A DNA stretch of 37,890 bases from the NCBI GenBank assembly GCA_002705485.1, contig PAGT01000008.1:1-37890 (forward strand), given 5' to 3'. Source of the DNA: Flavobacteriales bacterium (GTDB lineage: Bacteria > Bacteroidota > Bacteroidia > Flavobacteriales > Flavobacteriaceae). Under the pieces are notes generated by a model that saw only the letters and a program-made list of their open reading frames with translations, had not been told where the DNA came from and ran no database searches. Below are positions 9,170 through 18,461 of the stretch, piece by piece (position 1 is the stretch's first letter; each line of letters begins with the position of its first letter). A program made the translations under genes and the position numbers.

Positions 9170-10185
9170 TTTGATAAATCTGTTTTATAATTTGTTAAAA
9201 TTTTTTTGAATTTATTGATTACTTCAAATATTGAACCATGATCTTTTCCTCCTGCCGCATTTTTATGTCCTCCTCCGTTAAAGTGTTTTCTAGCAAAATT
9301 GTCACATGAGAATTCACCAATGGATCTGAATGAAATTTTAATCTTTTTCTCATCATTAAAGTCTTCAATAAAGATAGTGCTAAAATTTACACCACTTAAA
9401 GATAGCCCATAATTAACAATTCCTTCCGAATCTCCCTTTTGATAATTTAATGATTCTAAATCCTTTTTTTCAAGAAACATATAAGCAGTTTTAAATTCAG
9501 AAATAATATTTAGATTTTCTAATGCTCGTCCAAGAATTTTAATCTTACTTTCTGAGGAATTATTGTATACTTTGTTATGAATACAACTTGTTTTTATCCC
9601 CATTGATATAAGATTTGACACGATATCATGAGTTCTACTTGTAACACTTGGAAATTTAAACGAGCCAGTGTCAGTCATCATACCTAAATATATACATGTT
9701 GAAATTGTTTTGTCAATTTTTTTTTCAAAACCAAGTCTCAAAAAGATTTCGTAAAGTAATTCGCATGTCGAGCTTATATTCGGATCACTAAATATAAGAT
9801 TTGCATAATCTTTGGGGTTTTGGTGGTGGTCAATTAAAATAATTTTAGCATCCGCATTGTTAATAAACTGAACCATTTCACCTGTTCTGTTTAAGTCATT
9901 AAAATCCAAAGTAAATATTAATTCAGCATTTGCAATAGCTTCACAACAATGTTTTTCATTTTGATCAAAGAATAATATTTCATTAAAACCGGGAGTCCAA
10001 CACAAAAAACTTGGAACGGAATTAGGACTAATTATTTTTGTATTGTGACCAAACTTATTCAACATGTGCATAAGACCTAAGCAACTACCAATAGCATCAC
10101 CATCAGGGTTGTAGTGAGGAATTATGGCTATGTTTTTTTTATCGATTAGTAATTCATTTAAAAGTAAAACTTTTTCATTTTTCAT
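9166..10185 (-). CDS. nrnA: DHH/DHHA1 family phosphoesterase (NrnA-like oligoribonuclease / pAp phosphatase)
   Basis: 339 aa with DHH motifs ([19 protein letters not shown]) and the DHHA1 motif [10 protein letters not shown]. It overlaps the downstream PPIase start by 4 nt. Confidence 0.85.
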   Translation of the reverse strand: MKNEKVLLLNELLIDKKNIAIIPHYNPDGDAIGSCLGLMHMLNKFGHNTKIISPNSVPSFLCWTPGFNEILFFDQNEKHCCEAIANAELIFTLDFNDLNRTGEMVQFINNADAKIILIDHHQNPKDYANLIFSDPNISSTCELLYEIFLRLGFEKKIDKTISTCIYLGMMTDTGSFKFPSVTSRTHDIVSNLISMGIKTSCIHNKVYNNSSESKIKILGRALENLNIISEFKTAYMFLEKKDLESLNYQKGDSEGIVNYGLSLSGVNFSTIFIEDFNDEKKIKISFRSIGEFSCDNFARKHFNGGGHKNAAGGKDHGSIFEVINKFKKILTNYKTDLSK

Positions 10186-10245
10186 CTAGAGTAAAGATAA
10201 TAATTCCTGCTTCATTTTTTAACTAAAATTATGTAGGCATTTTTG

Positions 10246-10253
10246 TACATTTG
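10246..10253 (+). promoter_or_regulatory. Candidate Bacteroidota -7 promoter element (TACATTTG, matches TAnnTTTG)
   Basis: Exact match to TAnnTTTG, 20 nt upstream of the GTG start at 10274. I found no clean TTTG -33 element at the expected spacing. Confidence 0.25.
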
Positions 10254-10273
10254 AATAGTAGATATTTGTACTT

Positions 10274-10558
10274 GTGAAGATCAGTTTATTCAAATTAGGG
10301 AAAAATAAGCGATTTAATTATAATCCTAGATATTTTAAAGAAAAATCTATTCATAATATATATTCTTTTGATTCTGCTTATTCAAAAAACAGAAATATTA
10401 CTAGTTCAGCCGATATATCTTCACGTTGGAAGGAATCAAGATTAAATCAAAGGAATAGATCCAACAGAAAATTTTCAACAAGAATTATAATTATTGCTTT
10501 GATTTTAATAACGATTTTTTTGTATGTAATCGATTTTGATCTTTCTGTTTTTTTATAG
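10274..10558 (+). CDS. Small basic protein with a C-terminal transmembrane helix, function unknown
   Basis: 94-aa ORF with a GTG start. The N-terminal part is Arg/Lys/Asn/Ser-rich and there is one C-terminal hydrophobic helix (IIIIALILITIFLYVI). It ends 3 nt before mutL. Support is ORF geometry and operon position only. Confidence 0.5.
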   Translation: MKISLFKLGKNKRFNYNPRYFKEKSIHNIYSFDSAYSKNRNITSSADISSRWKESRLNQRNRSNRKFSTRIIIIALILITIFLYVIDFDLSVFL

Positions 10559-10561
10559 TCA

Positions 10562-12319
10562 ATGAGTTCCATAATCAAATTGTTACCTGAAAATGTTGCA
10601 AACCAAATTGCTGCTGGCGAGGTTGTACAGCGTCCTTCCTCAGTTGTTAAGGAGCTATTAGAAAATTCTGTTGATGCAGGTTCAAGTAATATTAAATTGA
10701 TAATTAAAGATGCTGGTAAAACATTAATTCAGGTGATTGATGATGGTTTAGGAATGAATATAAATGACTTAAACCTATGCTTTTTAAGACATGCAACATC
10801 AAAAATTAAAAAATCAAAAGATCTATTTAATCTTAAATCAATGGGTTTCAGAGGAGAAGCTCTTTCTAGCATCGCATCTGTATCACATATGACAGTAATT
10901 TCCAACCAGAATGTTAAGAATGATTTGGGACATAAAATTATAATTAAAAGCGGAAGGAAGGTTGATGTTGAGGAGACATTGATTAAAAAAGGGACTTCTG
11001 TCTCAGTTGAAAATTTATTTTTCAACATTCCAGCTCGAAGAAATTTTTTAAAGTCTGATAATGTTGAGCTCCGTCATATAATTGATGAGTTTCATAGGGT
11101 TTCATTGATAAATCACAATATTAATTTTACTTTTATAAATAATGGAAACGAGATATTTAATTTAAAAAAATCCATTTTTAAGGAAAGGATCATTAGAGTC
11201 TTTGGAAAATCTGTTAATGAAAAACTAGTCCCAATTAGAGAAATCACTGATTTTGTCAAAATAAATGGCTTTATATTTAAACCAGAGTTTTCCAGAAAAA
11301 CAAAAAGCACTCAATTTTTTTTTGTAAATAATAGGTTTGTTAAAAATCAACATTTAAATCATGCTATTAAGTCAGCTTATGAAGGGTTGATAAATGAAAA
11401 ATATTTTCCATCTTATTTTTTAAGTTTTAGTTTACCGAAAAACACGATTGATGTTAATATTCATCCCAACAAAACTGAAATTAGGTTTGAAAATGATCAA
11501 TCTATATATGCAGTTCTAAAGTCATCAATTAAACATGCATTAGGACAATTTAATATATCTCCTTCGATTGATTTTGACAACGGTGTAAAGTATGATACCC
11601 CCTACAGTTATAAGGACAAACCTCCAATGATTCCAAAAATAGGAATAAATAGACTTTACAATCCATTTGAAACAGAGAAAATAATTGATTTAAAACATTC
11701 TGATTTAAATGAATATAATTTAAATGAACAATTAAATTTTTCAGAAAACTATATTTCATTTCCATCTTTTCAAATTAACAATAAGTATATTATTTCTAAA
11801 AATTCATCAGGATTGGTTATTATTGATCAAAATCGCGCTCATCAACGCATTTTATACGAAAAATTTTTAATGGAATTTTGCACTGACTCGAAAGCTTCTC
11901 AAGGCCTTATTTTTCCAATAAAATTAGATCTAAGTAAAAAAGAAATAATAATTATAAAGGAAATTGAAGCGAGTTTAATTAATGTAGGTTTTGAATTTAG
12001 TAAATTTTCTGATGCAGAAATCGAACTTTCGTCTTTTAACCCAATTTTTTCCCAAGAGAAGATCGAAGCTTTTTTTACTGAAATTATTCAAAACCATGAA
12101 AAGGGATTGAGAAAAGTAAGTTCAAGTTTAAACGATTATTTGGCAAAAATTTTTTCAAGGTCTCATTGTGTAAAAAGAAACAAAATTTTAGATTCAGTGG
12201 AGCAACAATCATTAATCAACGATCTTTTTGCATGTAAGGAACCTAATATCTCACCCTTCAATAAAATAATTTTCAAAGTAATACCTTTGGATTCAATTGA
12301 CAATAAAGTTTTGAAATGA
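10562..12319 (+). CDS. mutL: DNA mismatch repair protein MutL
   Basis: 585 aa with GHKL ATPase motifs ELLENSVDAG, DDGLGM and GFRGEAL, plus a MutL C-terminal dimerisation region. The endonuclease motifs look atypical (see findings). Confidence 0.92.
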   Translation: MSSIIKLLPENVANQIAAGEVVQRPSSVVKELLENSVDAGSSNIKLIIKDAGKTLIQVIDDGLGMNINDLNLCFLRHATSKIKKSKDLFNLKSMGFRGEALSSIASVSHMTVISNQNVKNDLGHKIIIKSGRKVDVEETLIKKGTSVSVENLFFNIPARRNFLKSDNVELRHIIDEFHRVSLINHNINFTFINNGNEIFNLKKSIFKERIIRVFGKSVNEKLVPIREITDFVKINGFIFKPEFSRKTKSTQFFFVNNRFVKNQHLNHAIKSAYEGLINEKYFPSYFLSFSLPKNTIDVNIHPNKTEIRFENDQSIYAVLKSSIKHALGQFNISPSIDFDNGVKYDTPYSYKDKPPMIPKIGINRLYNPFETEKIIDLKHSDLNEYNLNEQLNFSENYISFPSFQINNKYIISKNSSGLVIIDQNRAHQRILYEKFLMEFCTDSKASQGLIFPIKLDLSKKEIIIIKEIEASLINVGFEFSKFSDAEIELSSFNPIFSQEKIEAFFTEIIQNHEKGLRKVSSSLNDYLAKIFSRSHCVKRNKILDSVEQQSLINDLFACKEPNISPFNKIIFKVIPLDSIDNKVLK

Positions 12320-13053
12320 ATAATATACCCGAAACAATCAAACAACTTTTGATTATTAATGTTTTGTTTTTTATTGGTTCTCAATTTCTTGGCAATTTTG
12401 CCAATGATCTTTTGGCTTTACACTACTTTAAAAATGAAAAGTTTATTTATAGTCAGATGATCACTCACATGTTTATGCACGGAAACTTTTATCATATCCT
12501 ATTCAATATGTTTGGGTTATATATGTTTGGTTCTCCTCTTGAAAGAATGTGGGGAAAGAAAAAATTTCTTTTTTTTTATTTTTCATCAGGACTTGGCGCT
12601 GCTGCTTTGCAACTTTTATTTTATCACTATCAAATTTCCTCTGTTTTTTCAGCTTTAGAAATGAATGGAATCTCTGAATCTAGTTTTCAAAACCTCTTGA
12701 ATACCGGCTCGTACAACACCTCAATGTTACAATACGTGGGTGAAGAGAGATTGGCATCTGCCTACACTTCATTCAATTCTTCAATGGTTGGTGCTTCTGG
12801 AGCTATATATGGAATTCTTGTTGCATTTGCATACACATTTCCAAATTCGGAGTTAATGCTACTCTTTCCTCCAATTCCAATTAAGGCAAAATTTTTGGTT
12901 CCTGGGTTAATTCTATTAGATGTTTTCTTTGGTTTTTCCTCGTTTTCCCTTGGTCCAATAGCTCACTTTGCCCATTTGGGCGGTGCAATTATTGGTTTTA
13001 TAATGGTATATTACTGGAAAAAAAATCAATTTAATGACAAAAGATGGAATTAG
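12316..13053 (+). CDS. Rhomboid family intramembrane serine protease (paralog 1)
   Basis: 245 aa, multi-pass membrane protein. It has the HMFMHGNFYHILFNM motif, the catalytic Ser in GASGAIYG and the catalytic His in AHLGGAIIG. Its ATG overlaps the mutL stop (ATGA). Confidence 0.9.
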   Translation: MNNIPETIKQLLIINVLFFIGSQFLGNFANDLLALHYFKNEKFIYSQMITHMFMHGNFYHILFNMFGLYMFGSPLERMWGKKKFLFFYFSSGLGAAALQLLFYHYQISSVFSALEMNGISESSFQNLLNTGSYNTSMLQYVGEERLASAYTSFNSSMVGASGAIYGILVAFAYTFPNSELMLLFPPIPIKAKFLVPGLILLDVFFGFSSFSLGPIAHFAHLGGAIIGFIMVYYWKKNQFNDKRWN

Positions 13054-13904
13054 TCGAAAAGTTTAAAATAAAGTACAGTTATCTAGACGTTTTAAGTAAA
13101 ATTATAGTTTGGATGGTTGTATGTTTTGTTCTCCCATTTTTAATAAATACAATTCTTTTTTTATTCAATATTAAATCTTTTTCTATAATCGAATATTTTC
13201 ATGTTTCAGCCGACTTTTTTGAATTAGTTTATAAGCCTTGGTCTTTAATTACTTATGGATTTTTTCATGCAGGGATTTGGCATCTTTTGGGAAATATGTT
13301 GATCTTATATTATTCTGGAAGAATTGTTCTTGATTTATTTGGTGATCAAAAGTTTTTAAAAATATTTTTCATAGGTCTTTTGTTCGGTTCCGTAACTTAC
13401 TTGTTGAGCTATAATATTTTTCCAGTTTTTAGTGGAATTAAACCTCCAATGATTGGTGCATCTGCTGGTGCAATGGCAATGTTTGTTTTTTTATCATCTC
13501 ATAATCCTAATCTAACTTTTAGATTAATTTTTTTTGATGTCAAAATTGTTTATATCGCCTGTTTTTTAATTTTATCTGACATTATCCAAATTCCTGCTGG
13601 AAACTCTGGAGGACATTTGGCTCATCTTGGAGGTGCATTTTGGGGATACTATTACAATAAACAGTTACAAAATGGCAATAATCCTGGAGATTGGATTTTA
13701 AGTTTCTTTGAGTATTTGAAAAGTTTTTTTAAGAATAAGCCTAAAATAAAAAAAGTTTATAAAAATCAATCTAACGCTACACAAAAACAAAAAAAAGTAG
13801 ATCAACGAAAAATTGATGAGATATTAGACAAAATAAGCAAGTCTGGCTATGATAGTTTGAGTAAAAGTGAAAAAGAAACACTTTTTAAAGCTGGCGATAA
13901 TTGA
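13044..13904 (+). CDS. Rhomboid family intramembrane serine protease (paralog 2) with a soluble Lys-rich C-terminal tail
   Basis: 286 aa with FFHAGIWHLLGNM, the catalytic Ser in GASAGAMAM and the catalytic His in AHLGGAFWG. A ~80-aa hydrophilic tail ends in DEILDKISKSGYDSLSKSEKETLFKAG. It overlaps paralog 1 by 10 nt. Confidence 0.85.
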   Translation: MELVEKFKIKYSYLDVLSKIIVWMVVCFVLPFLINTILFLFNIKSFSIIEYFHVSADFFELVYKPWSLITYGFFHAGIWHLLGNMLILYYSGRIVLDLFGDQKFLKIFFIGLLFGSVTYLLSYNIFPVFSGIKPPMIGASAGAMAMFVFLSSHNPNLTFRLIFFDVKIVYIACFLILSDIIQIPAGNSGGHLAHLGGAFWGYYYNKQLQNGNNPGDWILSFFEYLKSFFKNKPKIKKVYKNQSNATQKQKKVDQRKIDEILDKISKSGYDSLSKSEKETLFKAGDN

Positions 13905-14917
13905 AAAAATTAAATATAACAAATTTGTGGTTTGAAAAAGCTTTGTTTTTTTTTAATACTGTCAATACAATATTTCTGTTTTTATGTTTTGTTTTGTGTT
14001 TTTTTTACAATCCATTACTATCGTCAATTTCATTTTTAACTTTTTTATTCCCACTTTTTTACCTAATAAATTTTGTTTTTTTAATTTATTGGATTTTAAA
14101 ACTTGATTTCAGATTCTTATTGTCTTTATTAATATTTGCTTTCCTGCAAATCAATTCATTTTCAATTTTCAATTTCAAAAAAGAGATTAAAGAAAATAAT
14201 CAAAATTTTCACGTGATGAGTTTTAATGCGCGACTATTCAATCACTATAAATGGATAGATAACGAAAATATCCCTAGTGAAATTAAGCGTTTTTTTAGTT
14301 TTGAGAATCCAGATTTAATTGCTATTCAAGAATATCACAGGGATTATCAGTTTGTTACAAGTGATTTTAAATATAAATATGTTTATTTCAGTGGAAGTAA
14401 TTCTGGAAAGTCAATTCACACTAATAAAGAAATAGTTGGCAGGGGAGTTGTTGATTTTGAAAATTCAGATTCTAACGCAATTTTCGTTGATATTGTTCAT
14501 AAGAATGATACAATAAGAGTTTTTAATGCTCATTTCGAATCTTTTAAACTTAATGTACCAACTCTTAAGGCCGATATATATTCCTTAAAAACCTTTCTAA
14601 CTAAAACCAAAATTGCTTATGAGGCCCAAGAAAAGCAACTAAACACATTGATTAACCAAATGGGTAAGTCGCCCTATGACGTTATTTTGGCCATTGATTT
14701 AAATAACACGCCAAACTCATATGTTTATAGGAAAATAAAAAACAAGTATGATGATGTTTTTGATTTGAAAGGAAGTGGTTTTGGTTCAACATATAATTTT
14801 AATTATTTGCCGTTAAGGATTGATTATATCTTTGTTTCAAAATCCATTTTTCCTAAAAAATTTAAGATTTATAAAGATAGATTTTCTGACCATAGACCTA
14901 TTAGCGCTTTTTTCTAA
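13901..14917 (+). CDS. Membrane-anchored endonuclease/exonuclease/phosphatase (EEP) family protein
   Basis: 338 aa with a TTG start overlapping the upstream stop (TTGA). There are ~3 N-terminal transmembrane helices. The EEP fold motifs include MSFNARL, LIAIQE and the C-terminal SDHRPI. Confidence 0.8.
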   Translation: MKKLNITNLWFEKALFFFNTVNTIFLFLCFVLCFFYNPLLSSISFLTFLFPLFYLINFVFLIYWILKLDFRFLLSLLIFAFLQINSFSIFNFKKEIKENNQNFHVMSFNARLFNHYKWIDNENIPSEIKRFFSFENPDLIAIQEYHRDYQFVTSDFKYKYVYFSGSNSGKSIHTNKEIVGRGVVDFENSDSNAIFVDIVHKNDTIRVFNAHFESFKLNVPTLKADIYSLKTFLTKTKIAYEAQEKQLNTLINQMGKSPYDVILAIDLNNTPNSYVYRKIKNKYDDVFDLKGSGFGSTYNFNYLPLRIDYIFVSKSIFPKKFKIYKDRFSDHRPISAFF

Positions 14918-14970
14918 TAATTAAACTAAAGGTTTAATAAAAAATATTTAAAATACTGGTTACTAATGTA

Positions 14971-15507
14971 TTAAAAATAAAAAAATGTCATACAGCATCC
15001 ACCATAATTTCTGGTTTCATAAAAATTTTGTTGGTCCTTTAATGATATTTTTTTCGAGTGTTCAATTACAAGGCATCCTCCTTTATTTAAAATACTTTTT
15101 TTAAATATGACGTTAATTAATTTTTCATAATCATTCATATTAAATGAGTAAGGGGGATCTGCAAAAATGATATCATAATTGAATTTTGTGTTTTTTAAAA
15201 AAGTAAATACATCTTTTTTTAAAACTTTTAAATTTAATTTCAATTCATTTGATTTTGTTTTTATGAATTCAACACACTTTTTATTTATCTCTACAGCTGT
15301 AACTTCTTTGCATCCTCTTGAAAAAAACTCATAACTTAAATTACCAGATCCAGAGAATAAATCAATAATTTTTATTGAAGATATTTCATATTTAAAATTG
15401 AGAATATTCATTAATGATTCCTTACTCATGTCAGTAGTGGGTCTAACTAACAAGTTTCTAGGTAAGATAATTTTTCTACCTTTATGAATTCCTGAAATTA
15501 TGCGCAT
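14971..15507 (-). CDS. rsmD: 16S rRNA (guanine966-N2)-methyltransferase RsmD
   Basis: 178 aa. It has the N-terminal MRIISGIHKGRKI...RPT motif, SAM-binding DLFSGSGNLSYE and the DPPY catalytic motif. Confidence 0.9.
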   Translation of the reverse strand: MRIISGIHKGRKIILPRNLLVRPTTDMSKESLMNILNFKYEISSIKIIDLFSGSGNLSYEFFSRGCKEVTAVEINKKCVEFIKTKSNELKLNLKVLKKDVFTFLKNTKFNYDIIFADPPYSFNMNDYEKLINVIFKKSILNKGGCLVIEHSKKISLKDQQNFYETRNYGGCCMTFFYF

Positions 15508-16298
15508 AACATCACAGAATCTATATTCTTAATTCCAGAGGAAATTAATATTTCTTGTTTTGAAATACTGATTTTGGGATGAAAGCTTTTAAGAAATACA
15601 AAAACATCATCATTTTCTTCTATTTTTCCAGAGAGTAAAAAGTGTGTTTTCTCTAGTTTTAATTTGTTTTCCTGAAATGTTGACAATATAAAGTATAAGA
15701 CATCTTCTTTTGTCTGAATATCAAAAGAATTGTAAAACATCAATTTTTTATTTTTAAATATCACAATGTCAAAACAATTTTCTCTAAAATTTAAATTTGC
15801 AGAGTTTTTAACTTTTTGAGAGTATTTGACTCCCTCTTTGATAAACAGTGTAGAGTAATGGAAATAATTAAATGCTCCAAAATTATCAAACAAATAATTA
15901 TTTACGTTGGTGTATGGTAAATAAACATTGACACCATCAATTTCCTCAATATTGTCGAATGATGCAGAGTCATTTTTTATAAGTCTTACATTGTATTTGA
16001 GGTATTCTAAACATAGTTTTTTATCAAAAAGGCTTTTAGGAACCAAAGTTGATAAATTATTATCTACTATAAGTTTAACCTTAAATACATTTCTAAAATC
16101 TTTCAGAAATTTTTTTAGTCTTATTTCCAATTCTTTGGCAATCTCATTTTCATTTAAAGGATTATCGAAATTAACATCATAAAAATCTATGATATCTTTG
16201 TCTACAGGATTTTCCAAAACAAAGGAAAATTGTTTTGTACCTATTTTAAGAATTAATGAGTTGCTCGGTTCTATTTTTTTAATTTCTCGCGATGGCAT
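15498..16298 (-). CDS. Uncharacterised conserved protein (recalled as DUF3822 family)
   Basis: The ORF is open from 16337 (279 aa). I prefer the ATG at 16298 (MPSREIKK...), which cuts the overlap with the upstream gene from 59 nt to 20 nt. There are no recognisable catalytic motifs. It overlaps the rsmD start by 10 nt. Confidence 0.6.
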   Translation of the reverse strand: MPSREIKKIEPSNSLILKIGTKQFSFVLENPVDKDIIDFYDVNFDNPLNENEIAKELEIRLKKFLKDFRNVFKVKLIVDNNLSTLVPKSLFDKKLCLEYLKYNVRLIKNDSASFDNIEEIDGVNVYLPYTNVNNYLFDNFGAFNYFHYSTLFIKEGVKYSQKVKNSANLNFRENCFDIVIFKNKKLMFYNSFDIQTKEDVLYFILSTFQENKLKLEKTHFLLSGKIEENDDVFVFLKSFHPKISISKQEILISSGIKNIDSVMLCA

Positions 16299-16947
16299 CG
16301 TAAGTAGTTGGCCAGTTTCCATTTGAACTAACATCACTGAGTGAACCTAAAACGATATCTGGTCCATTTACTCCGTCCACGGACATTAGACCTTTTTCTT
16401 GTTTCAATAGATCTTTATTTTGATCAAACAACACAATATCCTTAGAGACTCTAACTTCAAAAACAGGGACATTATATCCGTTTTTATCAATAATATCAGC
16501 TTTAATTTGAAATGTTTCGTTGACCCCATCAATTGGAACTTTTGACATTTGTTTATACCTATCAGAGTTTCCAAATAAAGAATCTTTAACAGACGCAAAT
16601 CCTAATGTATCAATAACAATTATTTCTCGTAACATGTCGATTCTAAAAGTCCTGTCATATTCGAGAAAACTTGAATCACGTTTTTGAATAAGTGTATATT
16701 GAGCAGTTTCAACAAAATTGATCAAACTGTCAAAATTATCGCAATAAAAGCCGTTAACGCTTTTATAAGCAATTTGAGAATTTCTTATGTCTTTCAATCT
16801 ATCTATTACTTTTAAATATCTTTCGTTTTTAACTTTGTTAAATTCAATGGGTCCATTTATAGAGCTATAAACTTTATAACCAAAGAATAGAACAAGTACC
16901 CAAAGTACGGCCTTGATAATTTTCATGTATTTTGATATGAATTCCAT
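16279..16947 (-). CDS. Hypothetical protein with an N-terminal membrane anchor
   Basis: 222 aa with a single N-terminal hydrophobic helix (IIKAVLWVLVLFFGY) followed by a soluble domain. I recognise no motif. It is the first gene of a three-gene minus-strand unit ending in rsmD. Confidence 0.6.
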   Translation of the reverse strand: MEFISKYMKIIKAVLWVLVLFFGYKVYSSINGPIEFNKVKNERYLKVIDRLKDIRNSQIAYKSVNGFYCDNFDSLINFVETAQYTLIQKRDSSFLEYDRTFRIDMLREIIVIDTLGFASVKDSLFGNSDRYKQMSKVPIDGVNETFQIKADIIDKNGYNVPVFEVRVSKDIVLFDQNKDLLKQEKGLMSVDGVNGPDIVLGSLSDVSSNGNWPTTYDAIARN

Positions 16948-17030
16948 ATTTTAAATAATTATATTTAAACAAATCTACAATTTTTTTTTTCAAAATATTT
17001 TAAATTAAAATTGACATTTATTTAGTTTTA

Positions 17031-18422
17031 ATGCAGCCTTATAATCTATATAAAAGTTTAGTAACCAATTTTGAATATGAACCTACTGCAGATCAAAAAT
17101 CTGCATTCAAATTATTGAGTTCTTTTATTTTTGATAATAACATCAAAATTTTTTTGTTGAAAGGTTTCGCTGGCACTGGAAAAACAACAATTATGAAGAC
17201 ATTAATTGAAAATTTAGATCAAATTAATATTAAATTTTCGTTAATGGCACCAACGGGGAGGGCAGCTAAAGTTTTATCGACTTACACTAAAAAAAAAGCT
17301 TACACAATTCATAGAAAGATTTATTACACCAAATTTGATAGTACAGGCGTATTTAAGCCAAGACTAAAAAAGAATAAAAATAAAAATGTTCTATTTATAA
17401 TTGATGAAGCATCATTAATTTCTGATAATGACAGTCAAAAAGAATTGTTTTCAACTGAATCTTTGATGAATGATATAATAAATCATATTGATTTTAAAAC
17501 CAATTCCAAACTTATCTTCTTGGGTGACTCTGCTCAACTTCCGCCTGTAAAACTTTCATTGAGTCCAGCCCTAAATAAAGATTTTTTGCTGGACAAATTC
17601 AAAGTAGATATTGATCAAATAGAGATGTCAAATGTGGTTAGACAGTCGAATGAGTCTGGGATTTTAAATAATGCAACAACAATAAGAAATAAAATTTTTA
17701 AAAATGAATTTGATTTTATATTTACAGAATCAAAGGACGTCATCAATTTAAATGATGGCTTTGAAGTTCAAGATTCAATACAGAGCTCTTATGATGAATT
17801 TGGAATGAGCAATACAATTATCATAGTAAGATCAAATAAAAGAGCAAACCTTTACAACGAGCAAATTAGAAAGATGATTCTTTCTAAAAACCATAAGGTT
17901 TGTGTCGGTGATAACTTAATGATTACTAAAAATAATTACTTTTGGTTACAATCTGATTCTGAGATTCCTTTTTTAGCTAATGGTGATATTATTGAAGTCA
18001 TAGAAATATATAGTTTTATTGAGATATATGGGTTTGAATTTGCCAAGGTAAAAGTTAAGATGTTAGATTATGAAAATTCAAAGTTCTTTGATACAATCTT
18101 AATATTAAACTCATTAGATTCTGAAACTCCATCACTAAACTATGAGCAAAACAGAAATTTGTACACTCAAGTTTCAAAGGATTACGAAAATGTAAAATCT
18201 AAGTACATTAAATACAAAAAAACAAAGGAAAATCCTTATTTAAATGCTTTAAATATCAAATTTTCTTATTCAATTACTTGTCACAAAGCTCAAGGTGGTC
18301 AATGGCCTGTTGTATTTATAGAAAAACCTTATTTGAAAGATGGAATTAATAATGATTATCTAAGATGGTTGTATACTGCCGTAACAAGAGCTGAAAATAA
18401 AGTTTATCTGATTGGTTTCTAA
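17031..18422 (+). CDS. SF1B RecD/Dda-like ATP-dependent DNA helicase
   Basis: 463 aa with Walker A GFAGTGKTT, Walker B FIIDEASL, and the C-terminal UvrD_C_2-like motifs CHKAQGGQW and YTAVTRA. Confidence 0.85.
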   Translation: MQPYNLYKSLVTNFEYEPTADQKSAFKLLSSFIFDNNIKIFLLKGFAGTGKTTIMKTLIENLDQINIKFSLMAPTGRAAKVLSTYTKKKAYTIHRKIYYTKFDSTGVFKPRLKKNKNKNVLFIIDEASLISDNDSQKELFSTESLMNDIINHIDFKTNSKLIFLGDSAQLPPVKLSLSPALNKDFLLDKFKVDIDQIEMSNVVRQSNESGILNNATTIRNKIFKNEFDFIFTESKDVINLNDGFEVQDSIQSSYDEFGMSNTIIIVRSNKRANLYNEQIRKMILSKNHKVCVGDNLMITKNNYFWLQSDSEIPFLANGDIIEVIEIYSFIEIYGFEFAKVKVKMLDYENSKFFDTILILNSLDSETPSLNYEQNRNLYTQVSKDYENVKSKYIKYKKTKENPYLNALNIKFSYSITCHKAQGGQWPVVFIEKPYLKDGINNDYLRWLYTAVTRAENKVYLIGF

Positions 18423-18461
18423 TATAATAAGATAAATGTATTTTTATAAATAAATTGAAAA

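Noticed and set aside
12316-13904. Whether the two adjacent rhomboid ORFs are one gene split by a frameshift.
   Set aside because: Each ORF has its own full set of catalytic motifs (HxxxN-like region, GxSG Ser, HLGG His) and its own set of transmembrane helices. They are two intact paralogs.
14920-14938. A hairpin ATTAAAC-taaag-GTTTAAT in the only non-overlapping convergent spacer (EEP gene / rsmD), as a possible bidirectional terminator.
   Set aside because: The stem is 7 bp with six A-T pairs and there is no clear flanking U-tract on either strand. This is thermodynamically marginal and could arise by chance in this composition.
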